DNA of 45,479 nt. It comes from a virus. The notes under the pieces were generated by a model. The model was given only the letters and a program-made list of their open reading frames with translations. It did no database searches and was not told the origin of the DNA. Of this stretch, positions 39,496 to 45,479 are shown piece after piece; position 1 is the first letter of the stretch, and the number at the start of each line of letters is the position of its first letter. The translations under genes were made by a program, and so were the position numbers. The stretch lies in IMG/VR virus record IMGVR_UViG_3300045747_000435, positions 1 to 45,479 of that record; one strand, written 5' to 3'.

Positions 39496-39783
39496 ATGCG
39501 CGAATCAGAAATCGAAGACCACCTGGTCAAGCGGGTGAAAGAGTTGGGCGGCGAAGTGCGCAAGGTCGCTTGGATCGGGCGCAAAGGCGCACCTGATCGC
39601 CTGGTGATGATGCCCGCAGTGGCGTTCACTTTTGACCAACCCAACACCATTTGGGTCGAACTGAAAGCACCGGGCGAAAAGGCGAAACCCCACCAAAAAC
39701 GTGAGCATGACCGTATGCGCGACATGGGTCAGCGTGTTGTGGTGATCGACTCCATCGAAGGTGTTGAGGAGTTGCTGGCATGA
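39496..39783 (+). CDS. VRR-NUC domain nuclease
   Basis: EIEDHLVKRVKELGG...GAPDRLV...WVELKAPGEKAKPHQ...G..VVVIDS. Confidence 0.8.
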   Translation: MRESEIEDHLVKRVKELGGEVRKVAWIGRKGAPDRLVMMPAVAFTFDQPNTIWVELKAPGEKAKPHQKREHDRMRDMGQRVVVIDSIEGVEELLA

Positions 39784-39953
39784 CCGAAAAAAAGCAACGC
39801 AAAAACGGGCGTCCTGCGCTCACCCCGGGCCAACCCCGGGTCTCCACATCGGTGAGCCTTACCCGCGACCTCCAGGTGCTGTTTTATCGGCTGGGTGGCA
39901 GCAAGTGGCTCCGCGAAACCATCGCCAAAGCTGCGGGAGCGTTGAAGAAATGA
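39780..39953 (+). CDS. Small basic protein (57 aa), possible ribbon-helix-helix DNA binder
   Basis: ATGA overlaps at both ends. GRPALTPGQPRVSTSVSLTRDLQVLFYRLGG. Below the track cut-off. Confidence 0.45.
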   Translation: MTEKKQRKNGRPALTPGQPRVSTSVSLTRDLQVLFYRLGGSKWLRETIAKAAGALKK

Positions 39954-40159
39954 GACCAAAGAAATGGAGGGACGGCACCGTGAAGAGCATGAACAACGCT
40001 TTCAACTGGCAGGGCCAGCCCAGCATCTTCACGGCTAAAGGTCAGCGGGCAACGATTGCCTATGTGGTCCAGGTTGCGCTGCGCGTGAACCAGGACGGTG
40101 CCCTTGGGGCGCATGGCCGAATCGATAAGCGCAAGCGCACAAGGAGGATCGTCAAGTGA
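39950..40159 (+). CDS. Hypothetical basic protein (69 aa)
   Basis: ATGA overlap upstream and GTGA overlap downstream. Confidence 0.45.
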   Translation: MRPKKWRDGTVKSMNNAFNWQGQPSIFTAKGQRATIAYVVQVALRVNQDGALGAHGRIDKRKRTRRIVK

Positions 40160-41529
40160 TCTACACACCACGCCCCTACGGTGCGCTGATCACCGACCAC
40201 ATCATTGAAAACCCACGCTGCGGGGTTTGGGCCAGCATGGGTATGGGCAAGACCGTGGGCACGCTCACGGCGCTGTCCTCTTTGCTCCTGGTCGAAGACG
40301 GCCCGGTGTTGGTGGTGGCACCCCTGCGTGTTGCCCGCAGCACCTGGCCGGATGAATGCCGCAAGTTCGACCACATCAAACATCTGCGCTGCATGCCTAT
40401 TGTCGGCAACGTAAAGGACCGCACCAACGCGGCCCGCGTGCCTGCCGACATCTACACCACCAATTACGAAAACCTGCCCTGGTTGGTCGAGTTTTGGGGT
40501 GACAAGTGGCCTTACAAAATCCTGGTGCTGGATGAGTCCACCAAGGTCAAGTCGTTCCGTACCCGCCAGGGTGGCGTGCGGGCCAAGGCACTCGGAAGCA
40601 TTGCGCACACAAAGGTCAAACGCTTGATCGAATTGACAGGCACACCAGCACCCGCAGGTTTGCAATCACTGTGGGGCCAGATGTGGTTCCTGGACATCGG
40701 TGCGCGGCTGGGCAAGTCCTACACCGCGTTCACTGACCGCTGGTTCCGTACCGACTTCAATGGGTACGGTCTGCGGCCTCTGCCAGGTGCGCAAGTAGAA
40801 ATCCAAGACAAGATCAAAGACCTGTGCCTGACCGTGGACGCTAAGGATTGGTTCGACATCAAAGACCCCATCGTCAACAACATGTACATCGATCTTCCAC
40901 CGCGTGCGCGAAAGCATTACAACGACATGGAGAAGGAAATGTTCATGGCACTGGAGTCGGGGCATGAGGTCGAAGCTTTCAACGCCGCAAGCCGCACGAT
41001 CAAGTGCTTGCAGATTGCATCGGGCGCGACCTATGTCGGCAACTCCAACATCGATTGGGAAGAACTGCACGATGGAAAAATTCAAGCGTTGGAGTCAATC
41101 GTGGAAGAGGCATCTGGCATGCCCGTCCTGGTGGCCTATCACTTCAAGAGCGATCTTTCCAGGTTGCAAAAAGCTTTCCCTGCGGGCCGGGTGTTGGACT
41201 CTAACCCTGCAACGATTGATGATTGGAACAGCGGCAGAGTACCAGTGCTGTTTGCGCACCCGCAGTCGGCGGGCCACGGTCTCAATTTGCAAGATGGCGG
41301 AAACATCCTAGTCTACTTTTCGCACTGGTGGAGCCTGGAAGAGCGCATGCAGATTGCTGAACGCATTGGCCCCACCCGCCAGATGCAAGCTGGGTATGAC
41401 CGCCCGGTGTTTGTCCACAACATCATCGCCCGCGACACCGTTGATGAACTGGTCATCGAGCGTGTGAACAGCAAACGCGATGTCCAGGAGATTCTCCTGG
41501 AAGCGATGAAAAAGAAAGCCTTCATATGA
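40156..41529 (+). CDS. SNF2-family helicase
   Basis: GMGKT (motif I), LDEST (motif II), C-terminal helicase domain with QSAGHGLNLQ. AAGGAGG SD before GTG 40156. Confidence 0.85.
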   Translation: MIYTPRPYGALITDHIIENPRCGVWASMGMGKTVGTLTALSSLLLVEDGPVLVVAPLRVARSTWPDECRKFDHIKHLRCMPIVGNVKDRTNAARVPADIYTTNYENLPWLVEFWGDKWPYKILVLDESTKVKSFRTRQGGVRAKALGSIAHTKVKRLIELTGTPAPAGLQSLWGQMWFLDIGARLGKSYTAFTDRWFRTDFNGYGLRPLPGAQVEIQDKIKDLCLTVDAKDWFDIKDPIVNNMYIDLPPRARKHYNDMEKEMFMALESGHEVEAFNAASRTIKCLQIASGATYVGNSNIDWEELHDGKIQALESIVEEASGMPVLVAYHFKSDLSRLQKAFPAGRVLDSNPATIDDWNSGRVPVLFAHPQSAGHGLNLQDGGNILVYFSHWWSLEERMQIAERIGPTRQMQAGYDRPVFVHNIIARDTVDELVIERVNSKRDVQEILLEAMKKKAFI

Positions 41530-41768
41530 ACTGCCCCCACTGCGGAAAGACCCACAAGGGCATCGTGCTGGAGTCCCGGCCCCATGACGTTGGGGTGCTT
41601 CGCAAACGCGCCTGCGGGGCGTGCGGCAAGTCCTATGTGACGCTGGAGTTTGCCGACCCTGACCTGATCCTTGCGCGATCCCGACCAGACAAATTGGCCG
41701 CAGTTGCCAAACAGAAAGCTGCACAACTCCGAGTCACCAACACCGATATTTTTAGAGCATGGAAATGA
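41526..41768 (+). CDS. Zinc-ribbon protein (NrdR-like N-terminal ribbon)
   Basis: CPHCG...ESR...RKRACGACGKSYVTLE. Confidence 0.55.
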   Translation: MNCPHCGKTHKGIVLESRPHDVGVLRKRACGACGKSYVTLEFADPDLILARSRPDKLAAVAKQKAAQLRVTNTDIFRAWK

Positions 41769-41929
41769 AAAAACTCACACCCGAAGAGAAGAAAAGCATC
41801 GAAGCCAATGCCGTGGAAGCGGCACGCGATGGCCTGCACCCCAAGGACGCTTGCCCCTGGCCGTTTGGTAGCGAGGAAGGCAAACACTGGATTGCGGTCT
41901 GGGCGCTAGTGTGGGGGCACTCGAAATGA
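41765..41929 (+). CDS. Hypothetical small protein (54 aa)
   Basis: ATGA overlaps at both ends. Below the track cut-off. Confidence 0.4.
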   Translation: MKKLTPEEKKSIEANAVEAARDGLHPKDACPWPFGSEEGKHWIAVWALVWGHSK

Positions 41930-42078
41930 ACTGTTCTGGAGATTGCCGCCAAGGTCGTGAGTGCGACTGCGGGGAACCCATGCCACTGAGCGAGTACTTG
42001 TGTGTCATCCCGCTGATCGTTGTCAGCACGTTGTGCGGGCTTACCGGGATTTATCTTATTGCGAGGTACTTTATATGA
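41926..42078 (+). CDS. Hypothetical Cys-rich small membrane protein (50 aa)
   Basis: MNCSGDCRQGRECDCGEP...CVIPLIVVSTLCGLTGIYLIARYFI. ATGA overlaps at both ends. Confidence 0.4.
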   Translation: MNCSGDCRQGRECDCGEPMPLSEYLCVIPLIVVSTLCGLTGIYLIARYFI

Positions 42079-42338
42079 CTGAACTGCCGCAACCAGACGT
42101 GATGCTGCCCCACGGCAAGTATGAAATTTTGACGCGTAAGGAAATGGTCTCCTTCTACACAGCAGACACAGTACGCCAACTGATTGCACAAGCGCGTGAG
42201 GATGCGCTGGAAGAAGCAATCATTCTGAACTGGACAGAGATCATGCGTGAAGGTGCTCTTGTTACTTGGGGAGATGCTGAAACGCTTGGTGACCGAGTGA
42301 TCGCAATTCTTGATAAGTTGAAGGAGCAAGTGAAATGA
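42075..42338 (+). CDS. Hypothetical protein (87 aa)
   Basis: ATGA overlaps. AT-richer segment begins here. Confidence 0.5.
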   Translation: MTELPQPDVMLPHGKYEILTRKEMVSFYTADTVRQLIAQAREDALEEAIILNWTEIMREGALVTWGDAETLGDRVIAILDKLKEQVK

Positions 42339-43126
42339 ACATCCCAAAAGAAACAGTTGATCAGTTTGTCAATGAAGCAATGGATAAGTACATAACTAAG
42401 GATGCTCAGTTCCAGCATGTCGCCCAACGTGCAGTCGAGTGGACGTTGCAGCAGCTTGGTGCTGTGGACATGGAGCCTGATGGAGCGATTGAAGTTTACT
42501 CAGGAACTAACGAGCGCGGCTTGCCTGAGTACACGTACCAAGATGGGTATTCCGCCACCCAACTTGCAGCAGCACGGTTGCAGTGCCTGAAAGACTACGA
42601 GCGACTTATGGAGTCGCATATCGCGACACTTCAGCGCATCGCAGAGTTGGAAGCGCAGGTTGAATTGTTGTTGAAAGAGCGCACTGCTGGCGTCGAATCT
42701 GCCAATCATCGTGTAGATGTGCGGAATCAGCGCATCGCAGAGTTGGAAGCGCAGTTGGCACATGAACGAAGCCTTGTCGGTAAGTACATGGCTCAGTGCA
42801 ATGAGCAGGAGCGCAGCAAGCAAGAGCCTATTATGGTGCATGGGTTTGAGGCCATACACAAGGAAGGCGGAGGCACGGTACTACGCCCAATCACACGAAC
42901 CATTGCAGCACCAGTTGACCAACAGGCAGAGATTGAAGCTGTACGCAAAGCCAACATCGACTGCATGAATCACTACAACGATGCACGGGCAGAGATTGAA
43001 CGGATGCGTGAGGCGTTGGAGCAAACATACGTAGCACTGCTGCCACACAAATCGACGGTACTGCGTTGGTACACACCGACTGACCAAGCCATTGACGCTG
43101 CCCGTGCAGCATTGGAGAAGAAATGA
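42335..43126 (+). CDS. Hypothetical coiled-coil protein (263 aa)
   Basis: Internal repeat QRIAELEAQ occurs twice. Heptad-like sequence. Confidence 0.55.
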   Translation: MNIPKETVDQFVNEAMDKYITKDAQFQHVAQRAVEWTLQQLGAVDMEPDGAIEVYSGTNERGLPEYTYQDGYSATQLAAARLQCLKDYERLMESHIATLQRIAELEAQVELLLKERTAGVESANHRVDVRNQRIAELEAQLAHERSLVGKYMAQCNEQERSKQEPIMVHGFEAIHKEGGGTVLRPITRTIAAPVDQQAEIEAVRKANIDCMNHYNDARAEIERMREALEQTYVALLPHKSTVLRWYTPTDQAIDAARAALEKK

Positions 43127-43308
43127 ACACACTTGAAGATCGTATCTACGCATGGCTCACACACGGCCATGCCAAGAATGGTATTAACTGGCATGACGCT
43201 ATGGACACGGCAAAAGCCAAACTGAATCACATGGATCACGTTGAGTTTCTGGAACTTATCAGCCACGAAATTAGCGATATGCTGCGCTACAAGGAGGATG
43301 CAAAATGA
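43123..43308 (+). CDS. Hypothetical protein (61 aa)
   Basis: ATGA overlaps at both ends. Confidence 0.45.
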   Translation: MNTLEDRIYAWLTHGHAKNGINWHDAMDTAKAKLNHMDHVEFLELISHEISDMLRYKEDAK

Positions 43309-43829
43309 CCATTAAAGAAACCATCCTGCCGCTGGCAGATTCGTATGCTGGACGTGCGTCAGTAGCATTCAACGATGCAAACATTCTGCTGGCAGACAAA
43401 GCCCGAGCCGCCCTGTGCGCTGCACTCGATGCCGCTGACCGAGAATTGGAGGCTGCACGTAATGCAGCGTTCAGCGAGGGCGTTCGTGCTGGGAAGATTG
43501 AAGCAGAGAACGCGGCGTTGCGAAAAGAACTCACAGAACTGCGCGAACTGCACACCGTACGGATGAACGCCCTGCAACCCTACAGCAAGTGGTACGAAGA
43601 ACTGCGCCAAGCTACGGACGGTGGCAGCGAGTCAATGACGCATGAAGATGCGATTGCCCATGTGGAGTACCTGAGTGATGCTTATGCGGAGCGCAGCAAG
43701 CAAGAGCAGATGACGTTTGAAGAAATCATGCACATTGCAGGACAGTTTGGCGAGATGGACACGATGAAAGAACAATGCGCATTCGCCAGAGCAGTCCTCG
43801 CAGCCCACGGTATAGGAGAGCAAGGATGA
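43305..43829 (+). CDS. Hypothetical coiled-coil protein (174 aa)
   Basis: Shares an ERSKQE motif with the 263-aa protein. Confidence 0.5.
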   Translation: MTIKETILPLADSYAGRASVAFNDANILLADKARAALCAALDAADRELEAARNAAFSEGVRAGKIEAENAALRKELTELRELHTVRMNALQPYSKWYEELRQATDGGSESMTHEDAIAHVEYLSDAYAERSKQEQMTFEEIMHIAGQFGEMDTMKEQCAFARAVLAAHGIGEQG

Positions 43830-44032
43830 TCCAAGACACTGAAACCCTAGTGCGGAACGATATCTATTTGCGCCAGTTAAAAGGTCTGGCTAAATACGGC
43901 ACCACAGTGTCAGAGAACCCGCTGCCGTTGCGTGCTTGGCTCCAACATCAGTATGAGGAACTTCTGGATGCTGCCGTTTATTGCAAACGCGCTATCCAAC
44001 AAATTGATGCGGAGGCCGATGATGGGAAGTGA
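43826..44032 (+). CDS. Hypothetical protein (68 aa), weak resemblance to small MazG-like NTP-pyrophosphohydrolase N-termini
   Basis: KGLAKYG....W..HQYEELLDAAVY pattern. ATGA overlap upstream. Confidence 0.4.
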   Translation: MIQDTETLVRNDIYLRQLKGLAKYGTTVSENPLPLRAWLQHQYEELLDAAVYCKRAIQQIDAEADDGK

Positions 44033-44231
44033 ATTTCTATCGCCCATTGATCTGCACTCGCTGACCGGCTATGCGCGGCCCGGGAAGCAGGCCCAGTGGC
44101 TCAAGGATCACGGTATCCCGCACCGCGTTGACGGTGCCAGGGTGATCGTCGCGTCCAAGCATGTGACAAGTTGGTTGGAAGGTCGTACAGTTGTCAGTTC
44201 CAGTGGCCCGAATTGGGGAGCAGTGAAGTGA
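44022..44231 (+). CDS. DUF4224-like protein, probable excisionase/recombination directionality factor
   Basis: LSPIDLHSLTGYARPGKQAQWLKDHGIPHRVDG.RVIV. Immediately upstream of int (GTGA overlap). Confidence 0.6.
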   Translation: MGSEFLSPIDLHSLTGYARPGKQAQWLKDHGIPHRVDGARVIVASKHVTSWLEGRTVVSSSGPNWGAVK

Positions 44232-45223
44232 GCAATAAATATCCGCGCCTGCGCACGCACACCCGCAAGGGAAAGTCTGGACAGGTGTGGACATGGTGGA
44301 CCTACGATCAGCGCCCCCACGGCCCGGAAATAAGCCTTGGCCGCGACTATGCGAAGGCGTTGGAGCAGTGGGAACTCCTGCACCTGAAAAAGCCACTGAC
44401 GATTGGACGGGTGCAGGAAGCAATCAACGCCTGGCGCGATGAAGTGCTGCCCAGCTACCCCAACAGTGAAACCCGCAAGTCGTACACCAAGCAACTCCGC
44501 AACGTCGAAGCCTGGTGCGGCCAAATGTCATGGTATGAGATCACGCTGCCGTTGATGCGGCAGTACCTGCGTGCAAGGTCTGCAAAGACCCAAGGCAACC
44601 GCGAACTGTCGGTGCTATCAATCGTGTGGTCATACGCCCGCAAGGAAGGAATGACCGAACTGCAATGGCCCGCTGCCGGGGTGAAGGATTGGAAGAATGA
44701 AGAACAGGCAAGAACTTTTGAAGTCACCGACGAAATCTTCAACGCAATTTACGAAGCTGGTGACGCTGTACTCCGGGCTTGCATGGACATCGCAACCGCG
44801 ACAGGGATGCGCCTCACTGACGCCAGAACTGTGCGCTTACCAGTGGACGGAAAGCTTCGGTTCAAGTCCAGCAAGCGAGGTAAGTATTCGTTTTTTGAGG
44901 TTGCCGAGTCCCCTATCCTCTCAGACCTTATCGCTCGACGCGGCAATGTGGATTGCGTGACCCTGCTGTGTACACCCACCGGGCGCACGGTGTCGGAGTC
45001 GATGCTGCGCGACAGGTATGACGTGGCCCGCGCTGCCGCCGCCGAAAAGAACCCTGCGCTTTCGGATCAGATCAAAGCGATGTTCCTGCGCGACTGCCGC
45101 AAGCGTGCCGCTGACCTGGCCGAGGACACCGACGCCGCAAGCAAACTCTTGCAGCATTCCAGCACCGCGCTGACCACCACCCACTACCGCACCAAGGGTA
45201 CGAAATTGAAGGCGGTACGGTGA
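44228..45223 (+). CDS. int: Tyrosine integrase
   Basis: ATGMRLTDAR (catalytic Arg box), LLQHSSTALTTTHYR (His/Tyr box). Adjacent to the tRNA-like attP core. GTG start. Confidence 0.85.
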   Translation: MSNKYPRLRTHTRKGKSGQVWTWWTYDQRPHGPEISLGRDYAKALEQWELLHLKKPLTIGRVQEAINAWRDEVLPSYPNSETRKSYTKQLRNVEAWCGQMSWYEITLPLMRQYLRARSAKTQGNRELSVLSIVWSYARKEGMTELQWPAAGVKDWKNEEQARTFEVTDEIFNAIYEAGDAVLRACMDIATATGMRLTDARTVRLPVDGKLRFKSSKRGKYSFFEVAESPILSDLIARRGNVDCVTLLCTPTGRTVSESMLRDRYDVARAAAAEKNPALSDQIKAMFLRDCRKRAADLAEDTDAASKLLQHSSTALTTTHYRTKGTKLKAVR

Positions 45224-45227
45224 TGAA

Positions 45228-45284
45228 AACCATGTCTGCATTACCCTCCGGCCAGAGTGAGAAAACCGCCGAAGAAATGCAGAC
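45228..45284 (+). promoter_or_regulatory. Putative integrase arm-type sites (P arm): AACCATGTCTGCATT (45228-45242) and inverted TGCAGAC (45278-45284)
   Basis: The 15-nt AACCATGTCTGCATT is identical to 78-92. The GTCTGCA heptamer recurs five times around the core. Confidence 0.45.
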
Positions 45285-45324
45285 GCGATTGGCCGCAAAC
45301 CCGCATGGTTAAGCCATTTCAGGA

Positions 45325-45382
45325 TGGGACTCAAAATCCCCCGCCGCAAGGCGTGCCGGTTCGATTCCGGCCCCGGGCACCA
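45325..45382 (+). other. attP core candidate: 3' portion of a tRNA-Leu(CAA)-like sequence (anticodon arm to CCA); not a complete tRNA
   Basis: Anticodon loop CTCAAAA (CAA at 45332-45334). Variable arm CGCC-GCAA-GGCG. T arm GCCGG-TTCGATT-CCGGC. Acceptor 3' strand CCCGGGC+A+CCA ends at 45382. No GCCCGGG 5' acceptor strand or D arm upstream. Lies directly downstream of int. Confidence 0.7.
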
Positions 45383-45479
45383 TAGGTTTGGCGCTATAGA
45401 AATGATAGCTACGTCTGCATCGTGTCTGCAACCATGTCTGCATTTACTTGTGCGATACGGCAGCAACGCCTTGTATCTT
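45353..45479. repeat. Terminal exact direct repeat, copy 2 (identical to 1-127)
   Basis: Same 127-nt string as the window start. It begins inside the variable arm of the tRNA-like segment. Confidence 0.9.

Larger units (their letters stand above)
1..45352. mobile_element. Complete temperate siphovirus genome (HK97-like head/tail module, integrase, attP), circularly closed
   Basis: Full set of packaging, head, tail, lysis, immunity, replication and integration genes. Window ends overlap by an exact 127 nt. Confidence 0.85.

Noticed and set aside
45223-45312. 29-aa ORF (MKTMSALPSGQSEKTAEEMQTRLAANPHG) overlapping the int stop (TGATG)
   Set aside because: Very short, no SD, and it spans the putative P-arm integrase-binding motifs. 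More likely non-coding attP DNA.
45290-45382. Complete tRNA-Leu gene downstream of int
   Set aside because: The anticodon arm, variable arm, T arm and 3' acceptor strand are present. There is no GCCCGGG 5' acceptor strand and no D arm upstream. It is a 3' fragment, as expected for an attP core.

Overview
This window appears to be one complete, circularly closed genome of a temperate siphovirus with HK97-type morphogenesis. Bases 1-127 recur exactly at 45353-45479, so the unique length is 45,352 bp. I read that repeat as a circular-closure overlap, not as att sites. All function calls come from motif and synteny recognition by eye; no searches were run.

Layout:
- Minus strand, 24.2 kb down to 0.09 kb (late operon): HNH, TerS, TerL, portal, ClpP-like protease and HK97-fold capsid. 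Then an atypical six-gene block (conserved 212-aa family, LamG-fold, two unknowns, Gly-rich, and an almost charge-free Ala/Ser/Thr-rich protein). Then connector, head closure, gp10-like and DUF3168-like genes, tail tube, G/G-T chaperones with a textbook GGGAAAC -1 slip site, tape measure, tail-tip proteins, a 1337-aa J-like host-specificity protein, and a translationally coupled lysis cassette.
- 24.2-27.4 kb: repeat-rich non-coding DNA plus two opposite-strand (plus-strand) moron-like cassettes.
- 27.4-30.6 kb, minus strand: Cro-like HTH, PrimPol-helicase, a Q/sigma-like regulator and a lipoprotein.
- 30.7-45.2 kb, plus strand: a repressor-like gene, then a recombination/replication operon. 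It holds a DUF2800 nuclease split in two, a DUF2815 SSB, a Zn-ribbon/mini-J-domain protein and a family A polymerase split in two. It continues with a PAPS-reductase-like enzyme, VRR-NUC, an SNF2 helicase, a chain of small coupled genes, a DUF4224 Xis-like gene and the integrase. It ends in an attP with a tRNA-Leu(CAA)-like core and GTCTGCA arm repeats.

Most interesting observations:
- A roughly 320-bp array of three ~95-bp units. Each carries an invariant 51-nt hairpin core (GAAA tetraloop in two of the three units), and the array holds nine same-strand GCAAAGC heptamers.
- The six-gene low-complexity structural insertion.
- Two replication genes, each interrupted by a single extra T at the same ATGnnTrA junction geometry.
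- A 35-bp hairpin+SD cassette duplicated in front of two moron genes.
- A 49-bp direct repeat bracketing an HTH gene, next to an A/T-tract array.
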